From a virus (Duplodnaviria; Heunggongvirae; Uroviricota; Caudoviricetes), in IMG/VR virus record IMGVR_UViG_2925939204_000001: a DNA stretch of 64,000 nt. One strand, given 5' to 3'. Position 1 is the first letter of the stretch; every line of letters starts with the position of its first letter. Made by a program: the position numbers and the translations under genes. This document shows, piece by piece, positions 9,304-19,307 of this stretch. The notes below the pieces were generated by a model, which saw nothing but the letters and a program-made list of their open reading frames with translations, was not told where the DNA came from and searched no databases.

Positions 9304-9347
9304 CCATTTGTGTTAGATAATTAATATGTATTTTCTAACACAAATGG
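9304..9347. promoter_or_regulatory. perfect 14-bp inverted repeat CCATTTGTGTTAGA-N16-TCTAACACAAATGG just upstream of the rdgC-like gene; member of a dispersed TGTGTTAGAAAA motif family
   Basis: Read directly; same core recurs at seven or more other intergenic sites. Confidence 0.5.
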
Positions 9348-9353
9348 TGAGAC

Positions 9354-10259
9354 ATGAGATCAGTCGCTTTCAAAAATATCTTCATCTATCGTCTTTCACG
9401 CGAAGTTAGCTGGGATACTGCAGAAGTAAATGCAGCCCTTAGCAAGTTTGTGTTTACCCCATGCGGTTCTCAGGATATGGCTAAAGCTGGTTGGACCTCC
9501 GTTCTTGGTGACAACCTCACCCATGAATACCAGGGTTTTCTTCTGATACAGCATAAACGAGAGGAAAAAATCCTACCTTCTCAAGTGCTCAAAGAAGAGT
9601 TACAGAAAAAAATCCTGACACTTGAAGAAGAGCAAGACAGAAAGCTGAAGAAGACCGAAAAAGATTCGCTGAAGGATGAAGTGCTTCACTCTCTTCTTCC
9701 TCGTGCTTTCACGAGAAAATCACTCGCCAAAATCCTGATCGACCGCAGCAACCATCTGGTATTCGTTGAGGCAAGCAGCGCCAAAAAGGCAGAGGACCAG
9801 CTGGCTTTATTGCGAAAATCGCTCGGCAGCCTGCCTGTCATTCCATTCACACCACGCGAACCGCTGGAAATTACAATGACCGAGTGGTTTAAAAACGGCT
9901 TCCCTGCCGGATTTACAGCAGGTGAAGACGCCACATTAAAGGGTCTGCTCGATAATGGTGGTGCCGTTCGCTGCAACAAAGTTGATCTACAGTCCGACGA
10001 GATTATGTCTCACATTGAGGCGGGGAAAGTAGCTACGACCGTTGCAATTAACTGGATGGACCGCGCGTCGTTCAGAGTCAACGATGATATGAGTATCAAA
10101 GCCCTGACATTCTGTGATGATCTCTATGACCAGAACGACGATATCGACCGGGAGGATGTAGCACAACGATTTGATGCTGATTTCGTGCTCTTTACGGGCG
10201 AATTATCTGCACTGTTTAACGCGCTGGTGGAGGCCATTGGCGGTGAAGCAGAACGTTAA
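9354..10259 (+). CDS. rdgC: recombination-associated protein RdgC homologue (P1 HrdC-like)
   Basis: Near colinear similarity to E. coli RdgC as recalled ([34 protein letters not shown], [15 protein letters not shown]). Confidence 0.85.
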   Translation: MRSVAFKNIFIYRLSREVSWDTAEVNAALSKFVFTPCGSQDMAKAGWTSVLGDNLTHEYQGFLLIQHKREEKILPSQVLKEELQKKILTLEEEQDRKLKKTEKDSLKDEVLHSLLPRAFTRKSLAKILIDRSNHLVFVEASSAKKAEDQLALLRKSLGSLPVIPFTPREPLEITMTEWFKNGFPAGFTAGEDATLKGLLDNGGAVRCNKVDLQSDEIMSHIEAGKVATTVAINWMDRASFRVNDDMSIKALTFCDDLYDQNDDIDREDVAQRFDADFVLFTGELSALFNALVEAIGGEAER

Positions 10260-12399
10260 CCTTCGATATGGTTCAGTTTGCAGTGGAATTGAAGCCGCGA
10301 GCATTGCCTGGGAACCGTTGGGTATGCGTCCGGCGTGGTTTGCTGAAATTGAGCCTTTTCCATCTGCCGTTCTTGCGCACCGCTGGCCTCATATCGCCAA
10401 CCTTGGCGATATGACAAAACTTGCCAAAAAAGTCCTGGCTGGGGAAATCGAATCCCCTGATGTGCTCGTCGGGGGAACACCTTGTCAGGCATTCAGTATC
10501 GCGGGATTACGTGGTGGGCTTGATGATGAGCGCGGCGCGCTAACTTTGAAGTATGTGGAGCTTGCAAATGCAATTGACGACAAACGGTCTGAGTCCTTCC
10601 TCAAACCGACAGTTATCGTCTGGGAAAATGTCCCAGGAGTCCTGTCATCGGCAGATAACGCCTTCGGATGTTTCCTTGCCGGATTGGCTGGAGAAGATGC
10701 ACCATTTGAACCAGGTGATCGACCTGAATCAGGAAAAAGTAACGCGTTCTGGCGGTGGGATGGCAAAACCGGTTGCCATGCTCCAAAGTGGCCGCAGTGT
10801 GGTTGTATTTATGGACCGCAGCGAAAGGTGGCCTGGAGAATACTTGATGCCCAATACTTCGGAGTGGCACAACGACGCCGACGCGTGTTTGTTGTCGCAA
10901 GTGCTCGAACAGACCTCGATCCCGCAACGGTACTTTTTGAGTTCGAAGGCGTGCGCCGGGATATTGCGCCGAGCAGAGGCGAGGGGAAGGAAGTTGCCGG
11001 AAATGTTGGAAATGGCATTAAAAGCGGGAGCCATTGGGATAACCCTGTAAATCCTCACCCGACACTTGCCCGATCGCACAATACCGGCGGGACGGGTGCA
11101 AGCAACCAGGAGATTTTTTCACAGCGCGGAAGTGGGCTTGTCGGTGCTTACCGGATGGTAGCATTTGGTGAGTATGCGGATGATGAGGCGGCTTCCACGG
11201 TCAAGGCCAGAGATTTTAAGGATGCAACCGACCTGGCTGTTTTTGACAGTGCGAACGTCGGAGTGGCAGTACGTCGCTTAACGCCTGTCGAGTGCGAACG
11301 CCTGCAGGGCTTTCCTGACGGGCACACGTTGATCCCTACGGAAAAGCGTAAAAAAGTTTCTTCAGATGAACTGGCATACCTTCGCAATCACTATCCAGAT
11401 TTAAGCGAAGAAGAGGCCGCGATGCTTGCAGCTGACGGACCGCGTTACAAAGCGATCGGCAACAGCATGGCAGTTCCTGTTATGCAATGGATAGGGTGTC
11501 GCATTCTTGCGACCGTAGCGGATAAACAGCAAAAAACAATAAATACCATTACCTACACAAGAAAACTCCGGACTCCGGATGAATATGAACGCCCAATATT
11601 CAAATGGGTAGGCGGTAAATTCTCAGAGTTGCCTACAGTGCTTGAGCATCTACCACACGGCAAGCGGTTAATAGAACCATTCGTTGGTGGCGGTTCCGTA
11701 TTTACGAATGCAGGATTTCGCCACAACCTGCTTAATGATATTAACGGTGACCTGATTAACTTCTATCAGACATTGCAGCGAGAGGGACATTCGCTCGTCA
11801 CGCTGGCATATAGTTTTTTCAAAAATTACAACAACGCTGACGCTTACCTCGAAGTGCGCGAGGCATTTAACAGAGGAAAGTATGACCAGCTACATCATGC
11901 TGCCGCCTTTTTGTACCTTAATCGGCACTGTTTTAATGGCGTAACGCGGTACAACCAAAATGGCGAGTTCAACGTGGGGTATGGCAAATACAAAGCGCCC
12001 TACTTCCCACATGCAGAGATGGAGGCATTTTTGGCTGATGACGTACTCAAAAACACGTCCTTTGTATCAGGTGACTTTGCTGGCGTCATCGAGGCGGCTG
12101 GTGAAGGCGATGTGATTTTTTGCGATCCGCCGTATGAACCGCTGCCGGATACAGAAGGGTTTACCAGTTATTCAGGAAATAGCTTCCGTTTCGACGAACA
12201 GAAACGGCTGGTATCTCTATTGGTGGAAGCCCACCAGCGCGGCGCTAAGGTAGTGATAACAAATAGTGGTGCGCCAAACATCCGTGAACTATATGAACGA
12301 AACGGGTTTAAAGTACATCATATGGCAGCCAGACGGTCGGTGTCCTGCAAGGCGTCAACACGTGTAGTTGCTAACGATATAATTGCAATAATGAAGTAA
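10243..12399 (+). CDS. bifunctional DNA methyltransferase: N-terminal C5-cytosine MTase fused to C-terminal Dam-type N6-adenine MTase (P1 Dmt-like)
   Basis: C5 motifs [30 protein letters not shown]; Dam motifs KWVGGK and DPPY; GTG at 10243 after GGAGG is the likely start (ORF opens at 10171). Confidence 0.85.
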   Translation: MKQNVNLRYGSVCSGIEAASIAWEPLGMRPAWFAEIEPFPSAVLAHRWPHIANLGDMTKLAKKVLAGEIESPDVLVGGTPCQAFSIAGLRGGLDDERGALTLKYVELANAIDDKRSESFLKPTVIVWENVPGVLSSADNAFGCFLAGLAGEDAPFEPGDRPESGKSNAFWRWDGKTGCHAPKWPQCGCIYGPQRKVAWRILDAQYFGVAQRRRRVFVVASARTDLDPATVLFEFEGVRRDIAPSRGEGKEVAGNVGNGIKSGSHWDNPVNPHPTLARSHNTGGTGASNQEIFSQRGSGLVGAYRMVAFGEYADDEAASTVKARDFKDATDLAVFDSANVGVAVRRLTPVECERLQGFPDGHTLIPTEKRKKVSSDELAYLRNHYPDLSEEEAAMLAADGPRYKAIGNSMAVPVMQWIGCRILATVADKQQKTINTITYTRKLRTPDEYERPIFKWVGGKFSELPTVLEHLPHGKRLIEPFVGGGSVFTNAGFRHNLLNDINGDLINFYQTLQREGHSLVTLAYSFFKNYNNADAYLEVREAFNRGKYDQLHHAAAFLYLNRHCFNGVTRYNQNGEFNVGYGKYKAPYFPHAEMEAFLADDVLKNTSFVSGDFAGVIEAAGEGDVIFCDPPYEPLPDTEGFTSYSGNSFRFDEQKRLVSLLVEAHQRGAKVVITNSGAPNIRELYERNGFKVHHMAARRSVSCKASTRVVANDIIAIMK

Positions 12400-12431
12400 A
12401 AAACGCCGCAGTAGCGGCGTTTACTTTTTTA
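12398..12431. terminator. bidirectional rho-independent terminator (ACGCCGC-agta-GCGGCGT flanked by A/T tracts) between dmt and glnS
   Basis: Read directly at 12403-12420 with T-tract 12421-12430 and A-tract upstream. Confidence 0.6.
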
Positions 12432-12447
12432 TGTGGCGAAATACCTA

Positions 12448-14109
12448 TTAACCTAACTTCGCCCAGGTATCACGCAGCCCAACGGTGCGGTTAAATACCG
12501 GTTTTTCCGCCGTAGAATGGCGGCTGTCGAGGCAGAAATAACCTTCACGCTCAAACTGGAATGCTTTACCCGCTACCGCTTCTTTCAGCGACGGTTCAGC
12601 AAAACCCTGTTTGATCACCAGCGATTCCGGGTTAATCACCGACAGGAAATCATCCGCAGCACCTGGGTTCGGCACGCTGAACAGACGATCGTACAGGCGG
12701 ATTTCAACCGGCAGCGCATGTGCCGCGCTCACCCAGTGAATAACGCCTTTCACTTTACGACCATCTGCCGGATCTTTGCTTAAGGTGTCGGCGTCATAAG
12801 TACAGAAGATGGTGGTGATATTGCCTTCGGCATCTTTCTCCACGCGTTCAGCCTTAATGACGTAAGCATTACGCAGACGCACTTCTTTACCCAGCACCAG
12901 ACGTTTGTACTGCTTGTTAGCTTCTTCGCGGAAATCGGCGCGGTCGATCCAAATCTCACCGCTAAACGGCACCTGACGGCTACCCATTTCCGGTTTGTTT
13001 GGATGGTTCGGCATGGTGACCATTTCGCCTTCGCCCTGGTAGTTTTCGATAACCAGTTTCACCGGATCGATAACCGCCATTGCGCGCGGCGCATTTTCGT
13101 TGAGATCTTCACGGATGCAGGATTCCAGCGACGCCATCTCAATGGTGTTGTCCTGCTTGGTCACGCCGATGCGTTTGCAGAACTCACGAATAGAAGCCGC
13201 AGTGTAACCACGACGACGCAGACCGGAAATGGTCGGCATACGCGGGTCATCCCAGCCTTCAACGTGCTTGTCGGTCACCAGCAGGTTCAGCTTACGCTTG
13301 GACATCACAGTGTATTCCAGATTCAGGCGCGAAAATTCGTACTGGCGCGGGTGAACAGGAATGGTGATGTTGTCCAGTACCCAGTCATACAGACGACGGT
13401 TGTCCTGGAACTCAAGCGTACACAGAGAGTGCGTAATACCTTCCAGCGCATCGCTGATGCAGTGGGTGAAGTCGTACATCGGGTAGATGCACCACTTGTT
13501 GCCAGTCTGGTGATGTTCAGCAAACTTAATGCGGTACAGCACCGGGTCGCGCATCACGATAAACGGCGAAGCCATGTCGATTTTCGCACGCAGGCAGGCT
13601 TTACCTTCTTCAAAACCACCGGCACGCATTTTTTCGAACAGCGCCAGGTTCTCTTCAACGCTGCGGTCGCGGTACGGGCTGTTTTTACCCGGCTGCGTCA
13701 GGGTGCCGCGGTATTCGCGGATCTGTTCCGGCGTCAGTTCGTCAACATACGCCAGGCCTTTGTTGATCAGTTCAACAGCATAGGCATGGAGTTTGTCAAA
13801 ATAATCGGAGGAGTAACGGATGTTGCCAGACCAGTGAAAACCTAACCATTCAACGTCGTTTTTAATCGACTCGACGTACTCGATATCTTCTTTTACCGGG
13901 TTAGTGTCGTCGAAACGCAGGTTGCACTGGCCTTTATAGTCCTGGGCGATCCCGAAGTTCAGGCAGATAGATTTCGCATGACCAATATGCAGATAGCCAT
14001 TCGGTTCCGGCGGGAAACGGGTATGTACTGTGGTGTGCTTACCACTGGCCAGATCTTCATCGATGATCTGACGAATAAAGTTAGTCGGGCGGGCTTCTGC
14101 CTCACTCAT
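12448..14109 (-). CDS. glnS: glutaminyl-tRNA synthetase
   Basis: Full-length 553-aa product nearly identical to enterobacterial GlnRS as recalled; HIGH motif ([12 protein letters not shown]) and KMSKS-like VMSKR. Confidence 0.95.
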   Translation of the reverse strand: MSEAEARPTNFIRQIIDEDLASGKHTTVHTRFPPEPNGYLHIGHAKSICLNFGIAQDYKGQCNLRFDDTNPVKEDIEYVESIKNDVEWLGFHWSGNIRYSSDYFDKLHAYAVELINKGLAYVDELTPEQIREYRGTLTQPGKNSPYRDRSVEENLALFEKMRAGGFEEGKACLRAKIDMASPFIVMRDPVLYRIKFAEHHQTGNKWCIYPMYDFTHCISDALEGITHSLCTLEFQDNRRLYDWVLDNITIPVHPRQYEFSRLNLEYTVMSKRKLNLLVTDKHVEGWDDPRMPTISGLRRRGYTAASIREFCKRIGVTKQDNTIEMASLESCIREDLNENAPRAMAVIDPVKLVIENYQGEGEMVTMPNHPNKPEMGSRQVPFSGEIWIDRADFREEANKQYKRLVLGKEVRLRNAYVIKAERVEKDAEGNITTIFCTYDADTLSKDPADGRKVKGVIHWVSAAHALPVEIRLYDRLFSVPNPGAADDFLSVINPESLVIKQGFAEPSLKEAVAGKAFQFEREGYFCLDSRHSTAEKPVFNRTVGLRDTWAKLG

Positions 14110-14261
14110 TGTGGATTCCTCAAAGCGTAAACAACGTATAACAGCGTATGATCTTATAAGCCGAATAGGCTGACAACCACTAGTTGATTAGAAATTACTT
14201 TCTATCGTTATTTCAATAATGAGCTTTTTCATGAAGCCCACTTTTGCGCATAAGTAAATTA

Positions 14262-14340
14262 ATGACAAATGGTACACAATTGGAACCAAAAAGGATGTAA
14301 AGGTGCACCAAATTAGTGGTGTATTGGTGCACCTTTGGTT
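14262..14340. repeat. cluster of degenerate TGGTGCACCA-like palindromic half-sites including a perfect 13-bp inverted repeat; candidate centromere/operator
   Basis: aaaggtgcaccaa-N12-ttggtgcaccttt at 14299-14337; tggtacaca, ttggaacca, tggttcaag nearby. Confidence 0.4.
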
Positions 14341-14377
14341 CAAGACTTTTTAAGTTCTAAAACCAACCTGAAAGACT

Positions 14378-14665
14378 TTATTTTGCTTCCTCAGACTCCG
14401 CTAACATGAGGATAGCATGGCGGATCATATTCAATTTGCTGCGATTATGCTTTTTGCTCAACGCATCAAGTACCTGGTACTCGTATTCATTGAAACCAAC
14501 ACGAATAGATTTAAAATCACGTGGAGCGTCCTTATCGAGCACTTTGTTGTCTTCTGGTTGCTCACCCGGCACCAAATCAGCCTTACTTGCAAAATCCTCA
14601 ATTCGGCGTTCAAGATCGGGGTCTTTTACTTCGGGGGCTTTTACCGATTTACGAGGCTTAATCAC
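14378..14665 (-). CDS. ParG-like ribbon-helix-helix partition/centromere-binding protein
   Basis: Small protein directly downstream of and overlapping the ParA-like gene; C-terminal RHH-like SIRVGFNEYEYQVLDALSKKHNRSKLNMIRHAILML. Confidence 0.6.
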   Translation of the reverse strand: MIKPRKSVKAPEVKDPDLERRIEDFASKADLVPGEQPEDNKVLDKDAPRDFKSIRVGFNEYEYQVLDALSKKHNRSKLNMIRHAILMLAESEEAK

Positions 14666-15299
14666 TTAATAACTCCTTAACCAACATCTGGATTTCACCT
14701 TTAGCTTTCCCGTTGTCCATCTCAACAACGCCCTTCCCTTCAGCCATGCAATCGCGGTAAACCTTACGATCACGAATGATGGTTTTCAGCAACTTCAGTT
14801 GCGGATATTCAGCCAGGTACTCTTTGGCCTCATTGGTTTCATTCACAACCGGATTGGATGGGGCCATTGTTAAGACTGCGAACGCCTTAATGCTAGGATT
14901 AGGCATCAGGTCCAAAGCCTCTTCAAACACTTCAACAAAGTGTGCCAGCGTGTCTAAATCTGGTTGAGATGGTCTGAATGGGACCAACACAATATCTGCA
15001 GCGGTTATGCCTGTACGCATCTCTTTGCTATCGCGCCCGGCTGTATCAACAACAACAAATTCATAACGCTTATCCAGATCGAGAAGTGTTTCTCGAATAT
15101 TACCAAACTTCTGGACACAATGAATTACAGGAGAAACCTCTGCCGTGTTACGGTCAGCTGCCCAGCGGGCAGCTGTTCCTTGCTTGTCTGCATCTAGTAA
15201 CACTACATCCTTATTTGCGCGGGCAAGCTCCGCACAGATGTTTACGCTTGTGGTTGATTTTCCACAGCCACCTTTTTGGCTGACTACCAATATAATCAT
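14658..15299 (-). CDS. parA: ParA/ParF-type partition ATPase (small type Ib Walker ATPase)
   Basis: Deviant Walker A KGGCGKST; ATG at 15299 with GAGGAA RBS (ORF track opens at 15329). Confidence 0.85.
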   Translation of the reverse strand: MIILVVSQKGGCGKSTTSVNICAELARANKDVVLLDADKQGTAARWAADRNTAEVSPVIHCVQKFGNIRETLLDLDKRYEFVVVDTAGRDSKEMRTGITAADIVLVPFRPSQPDLDTLAHFVEVFEEALDLMPNPSIKAFAVLTMAPSNPVVNETNEAKEYLAEYPQLKLLKTIIRDRKVYRDCMAEGKGVVEMDNGKAKGEIQMLVKELLSD

Positions 15300-15460
15300 A
15301 TCCGTTCCTCGGTGTGATTTTGGTATCAAAACGGTTCCAGATAAGAGCCTTTTTGATGCGGGACAGGCTCTATAATGGAGTCATGAATGTTTGGCAAAGT
15401 ATAACATCAATCAGACCAAATACACCTTATATTGCATCCTATTTAACACGAAATCAGCCC

Positions 15461-15512
15461 TAAATTGGAACCAGATACAAAATTGCACCATAACAGCACC
15501 TAAATGGTGCCA
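15461..15512. repeat. three tandem AAATTGGAACCA-like repeats upstream of the ParA-like gene; candidate centromere/operator
   Basis: taaattggaacca, aaaattgcacca, taaatggtgcca at about 18-bp spacing. Confidence 0.4.
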
Positions 15513-15586
15513 GTTCAACACTAATTAGACACCATTAAGGCACAAAAAGGGCTGCAATTTGCAGCCTTAAACCAGCACATCTTCTG

Positions 15587-15931
15587 TCAATCAGGTAGAG
15601 AGTCAGCCAGATTGCGCGCCGACGCGCTTTTGGCAACAACTTGCTCCTTCACTGGCTCAATGGAGGCAGGGCGCTCCTCAACCGCAGCTGGTAGTTCCAG
15701 GAAGGATGCCAGCATTTTTCGGATCAGCTCCGGGTTATTGTCTTCGGTCAGCAGGGAAGCCAGTAATCCTGGAAGCCTGCTATCGACTTCTCCCAGCGCA
15801 AGCCCTGCCAACAATGCAGTTCTTGCCATATCGCTATGTTTTTTTATCTTCTCGCTCGCCGCCTTTTCATTGGCATAAGCCTCTGGGCGAAGATAAATCA
15901 TCACTTTCTTACGTTCCTGAGACATGGACAT
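15587..15931 (-). CDS. parR: ParR/StbB-like centromere-binding protein of a type II partition system
   Basis: Directly downstream of parM; ALLAGLAL motif region resembles R1 ParR. Confidence 0.7.
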   Translation of the reverse strand: MSMSQERKKVMIYLRPEAYANEKAASEKIKKHSDMARTALLAGLALGEVDSRLPGLLASLLTEDNNPELIRKMLASFLELPAAVEERPASIEPVKEQVVAKSASARNLADSLPD

Positions 15932-15937
15932 ACCTCG

Positions 15938-16894
15938 TTAACCGATTGCTTTCAGGCCATGAACAAGAGCAAGTTGCGGGTCATCCGCCACGAAGAAACG
16001 GTCATCACGAATATTAACTTGCTCGCGAATTGCATCTGCCACCAGCGGTGCGCCACCACCGATCACCATGACATGCGTATATCCTTTAAAGTCGCCAATC
16101 ACATCAAGAACGCGGGTACGCAGACGGTCAATGCTTGCGGCAATGGCCTTTTTCACATCACCAATCGCTGATGGGTCATTGATATTGTCGTTCAGATAAT
16201 CTTCATCGTGGCGGTTAATAATGAGCTGATCAACATTGTAATTTGACGTTTCGGTATTGGCTCTGGCAAGTGCTTGCCTTACTTCCCTGGTAACCAGAGA
16301 GACGCCAAGATTCGAATCGCCAAAAACACGGGAAACTGCCGTCATTTGCCCGGCGACCATTGAAACATCAAGGGTAGTTCCACCCAAATCGACGATAAGA
16401 ATAGAATGGGCAGGGTTCAGATTGTCGCACAGGCCAATTCCTGCCGGAATAGACTCCGGTCGTACCGTAACTTTCTTAATCGTGAACACATTGCCTTTAT
16501 TCAGCGTGACGGGGCGCATAAGGCTGGCTTTCTTGCGCTCGATGTTATCGAGATTGTATTGCGCGTCGTCGTCGTAAAACTCCGCCAGAGGCAGCGTGAC
16601 CACAATTTCTACTTCCTGCGGCTCAATGCCACTTGTCAGCAGGGCATGGTGAACAGCCAGGACGTTAAGCGGGCTGTATTGCCATTCCACGTTATTCGTC
16701 GGCAGAACATCTGGCGAGATCAAATCATACGAATACTTTTCGTCGTCAATGACATAGTTAAACGGCTTGCCAGCACCAAATGTTGCTGACCATCCGCGCT
16801 TAAAGCTGTTAGGGCTGATGTGAGTGCGAGTTTCCCCGTCGTGCTCCCACAGCATTTTGATATTGGTTGAACCATCATCGATAAAAATGCGCAT
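15938..16894 (-). CDS. parM: ParM/StbA actin-like partition ATPase
   Basis: Strong similarity to R1 StbA as recalled (FIDDGSTNIK, ISPNSFKR, VDLGGTTLD, HVMVIGGGA); start at MRIFIDDG. Confidence 0.9.
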   Translation of the reverse strand: MRIFIDDGSTNIKMLWEHDGETRTHISPNSFKRGWSATFGAGKPFNYVIDDEKYSYDLISPDVLPTNNVEWQYSPLNVLAVHHALLTSGIEPQEVEIVVTLPLAEFYDDDAQYNLDNIERKKASLMRPVTLNKGNVFTIKKVTVRPESIPAGIGLCDNLNPAHSILIVDLGGTTLDVSMVAGQMTAVSRVFGDSNLGVSLVTREVRQALARANTETSNYNVDQLIINRHDEDYLNDNINDPSAIGDVKKAIAASIDRLRTRVLDVIGDFKGYTHVMVIGGGAPLVADAIREQVNIRDDRFFVADDPQLALVHGLKAIG

Positions 16895-16920
16895 CTTCTT
16901 GCTCCACTTCTGAGACACAT

Positions 16921-17074
16921 TTGAGAATCAAAATGTAATTTTAAAAGAGAAGCACCCAAAAATCCACACCAAACGAGATAAAGAAGAGCGATTGTTGAGT
17001 TTATTTTGAGAATATCTTGATCACCCACCGAATGATGGTCTGACAGTGAGATTTATTTGAGAACGAATTGAGAA
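16921..17074. repeat. candidate parC-like centromere: five copies of TTGAG(A/T)(A/T) upstream of parM
   Basis: TTGAGAA at 16921, 17006, 17057, 17068 and TTGAGTT at 16994. Confidence 0.4.
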
Positions 17075-17160
17075 TGCAAAAATATTCCGAAATTTAACTC
17101 TCCGTTTGAATGACGAAATAACAAAGTGATGACAATAGGAGGATAACCAGGAGGTGAAGA

Positions 17161-17445
17161 ATGAGCGCAATAGCCACCAGCGACACCCTTTGTTCTGGTC
17201 ACGGAGGATTTCCGCCGCGACTGGTAGCTGAAACCGTTCCCTGGTTCACCGTTAACGGTAAGCCAGTTGTTGTAGATGGTGCCATGTTTCCCAGTCACAC
17301 TGACGGTAACAGTGCACATCCAGGGGCAGCTGTATCGACGCGAGTATGGTTTTCGATAGGTGGAAAGGGAGTTGTCTGTGTAGGCGATCCGCTTTCTTGT
17401 GGTTCTGTTATCGCCAACGGCGAGGATATTTTTCAGGTTGCATAA
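17161..17445 (+). CDS. PAAR-domain spike-tip protein
   Basis: About 94 aa with CSGHGGFP and INGKP-like repeats typical of PAAR; strong RBS AGGAGG. Confidence 0.6.
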   Translation: MSAIATSDTLCSGHGGFPPRLVAETVPWFTVNGKPVVVDGAMFPSHTDGNSAHPGAAVSTRVWFSIGGKGVVCVGDPLSCGSVIANGEDIFQVA

Positions 17446-18251
17446 TGCTTGATTCAATAGGTGAAGTTAAAGCCTTCAAAATTCTGTCAGATGCCGGTAT
17501 CTCTACACCAGAATCTATAACCATAAGCCGGGCAGCTTCTGTAAAAGCCTCATCGCTCGCCAGCGCCATACAGGGAATAGTTCACGCCGATAAAACCTAT
17601 CCTGATTCTGTTTCGGCCTGGACTACTCAATTGCTTGGCTTTTCTGAACAGCTCAATGAGGCCAGCAAAGCGTCTTCATCACTGGCTGATTCTCTTTCCC
17701 CATACACCAAGCCATCAGAGCTGTTACAGATGAAGATTGGCTGGGAATGCTACGCAAAAGGTAACGAGCTGACCCCCATACCTGCTTTCGCCCTTGTTGA
17801 GGGAATGGGGAATGTTTCCATTCCGCAATCTCTAACGGACGCATTGACGGCGCTAAAACTTGATGCTCTGAAAACCGCCATGAACGCCATTAACGCAAAA
17901 ATTGAAGCTGCCGGAAGTGCTGGTGGTGGTGATAGCAATGGTGGACAGGGTGGTGCTGGGGGCGCTCAGGCTCCAGTCATTACTCAGGATGAAATTGATG
18001 CTTTACGGGAAGCAGTGACAGCCGCCGAAGCTTTACTCTCCGAAATTAACTCAGCAAGTGAGAGTGTCGTAGCCCTTACAGGTCGCATTAAAACGTCAAC
18101 CACTCAGGCAACCAAAGGTTTAGAGAACGCTGTCGCCATCACGTTAACTGGTTCTCTACTGGATGATGCAGTAATGAGTCCGGCACTCAGTTTAATCATG
18201 CCACAAGGCGTTATCGATGCGCTCCAAAAGAACACCAAAAAGGAACCATAG
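17445..18251 (+). CDS. hypothetical protein with Gly-rich linker, coupled to the PAAR gene (TAATG overlap)
   Basis: ORF track; ATG at 17445. Confidence 0.45.
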   Translation: MLDSIGEVKAFKILSDAGISTPESITISRAASVKASSLASAIQGIVHADKTYPDSVSAWTTQLLGFSEQLNEASKASSSLADSLSPYTKPSELLQMKIGWECYAKGNELTPIPAFALVEGMGNVSIPQSLTDALTALKLDALKTAMNAINAKIEAAGSAGGGDSNGGQGGAGGAQAPVITQDEIDALREAVTAAEALLSEINSASESVVALTGRIKTSTTQATKGLENAVAITLTGSLLDDAVMSPALSLIMPQGVIDALQKNTKKEP

Positions 18252-18306
18252 CAACACCACTTAGGCACACAAAAGGATGTAAATTGGCACATGTTTAACA
18301 CCAAAA

Positions 18307-18780
18307 ATGAACCTGAAGAGGATGGTTTTGAAAAAGATAATTTTGATTGTAATTGCGCTTTTAGCCATTTCTGGAATTTACCGAACAACGACGGCAGTTA
18401 TCGAACACATCAGGTATGTCCGATCGCTTGAAGACTCAAAATCACAACTGGAAAGCACGAACAACACGCTTTCTGCCGCATTACAGTTAAGTGAGAACGC
18501 TCGCTCAGCCATGCTGACCGAAAACGAAAGAATTAAAGCACTGGAAAAGGAGTACCAGCGCAAAACAGCAGAACTGAATGCCAACCTAATCAAACAACGA
18601 GAGGAAAGCCAGAATGAAATCACTCGCCTTGAAAATGCGTTACGCCGTGCTGGGATTAACGATGTGCGTGTGCCTGATGACGTTATCAGGATGCAGCGGG
18701 AACGGGCAAAAGCCATCAACCAGCGTGCCAGTGAAAATTACCGTAGAAGCCACCAGCAAGCCGCAGGCAAATCTGATTGA
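18307..18780 (+). CDS. i-spanin-like protein (N-terminal TM plus periplasmic coiled-coil)
   Basis: TM segment IILIVIALLAISGIY followed by charged heptad region. Confidence 0.5.
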   Translation: MNLKRMVLKKIILIVIALLAISGIYRTTTAVIEHIRYVRSLEDSKSQLESTNNTLSAALQLSENARSAMLTENERIKALEKEYQRKTAELNANLIKQREESQNEITRLENALRRAGINDVRVPDDVIRMQRERAKAINQRASENYRRSHQQAAGKSD

Positions 18781-18940
18781 TTACTCCCCTTGTTTAGTGC
18801 CAGAGGACACGCCAGTGCTGTTAAACAAGTATCCGACATACGCTGAACAGTTATTCAGCACGATCGACGAATGCAACCAACGAAACGCACTGAATAACCA
18901 AAGAAACAGGGAGATTTGGGAAGGGAAGGGGCGGCAGTGA
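18614..18940 (+). CDS. o-spanin-like outer-membrane lipoprotein, overlapping the i-spanin in another frame
   Basis: Lipobox LTLSGC after a signal sequence; overlapped Rz/Rz1-type architecture. Confidence 0.45.
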   Translation: MKSLALKMRYAVLGLTMCVCLMTLSGCSGNGQKPSTSVPVKITVEATSKPQANLIDYSPCLVPEDTPVLLNKYPTYAEQLFSTIDECNQRNALNNQRNREIWEGKGRQ

Positions 18941-18966
18941 GCTTCACAAAATCTATATAGCTATTT

Positions 18967-19000
18967 TATGTTAGAAAAATAATTTGAATTTTCGAACATA
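18967..19000. promoter_or_regulatory. operator-like inverted repeat TATGTTAGAAAA-N10-TTTTCGAACATA upstream of the immunity module 1 promoter
   Basis: Read directly; member of the TGTGTTAGAAAA family. Confidence 0.45.
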
Positions 19001-19031
19001 AACAATAAAATAAATCATCAAAAATTTGATG

Positions 19032-19060
19032 TTGATCTTCCATGTTTTCAGGCTTATATT
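19032..19060 (+). promoter_or_regulatory. sigma70-type promoter of immunity module 1 (TTGATC, 17-bp spacer, TATATT)
   Basis: Hexamers and spacing read directly; identical promoter at 52682-52710. Confidence 0.55.
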
Positions 19061-19139
19061 CACGCCGTTGCAGCAAATTCTGCGACCGGGTTTAGCAGCC
19101 TGAATGTACATGCGGACAACCGCAGATATCCGATATTGC

Positions 19140-19258
19140 GGTATTTTTGTGTCCGTAAAACCATGTTACGCCCGAATTATGGTGGGGCGTGATGGGGAGG
19201 CTTCGGCCTGCTGGTTTCATGTACGCCAGTCTGCTAACCCCGTCACGTCCTGCCACCC
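19140..19258 (+). ncRNA. c4: c4-like antisense regulatory RNA of an immI-like operon (module 1)
   Basis: RNA elements b' (catgtac, 19218-19224) and a' (ctgctaac, 19231-19238) are complementary to a1/b1 (19090-19112) and to a2/b2 (19259-19296) overlapping the icd RBS, as in the P1 c4 system. Confidence 0.55.
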
Positions 19259-19307
19259 GTTTAGCAGCGGGTAGCAGGTTGTTAAACCTGTACATGAGGC
19301 CGTAACT

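Noticed and set aside
10553-11079. Alternative-frame and antisense ORFs within the methyltransferase gene
   Set aside because: The main frame carries the complete ordered C5-MTase and Dam motifs; the others have no support.
13003-13845. 280-aa plus-strand ORF and other ORFs overlapping glnS
   Set aside because: They lie antisense to or out of frame with a clearly genuine, full-length glnS, and have no RBS or motif support.
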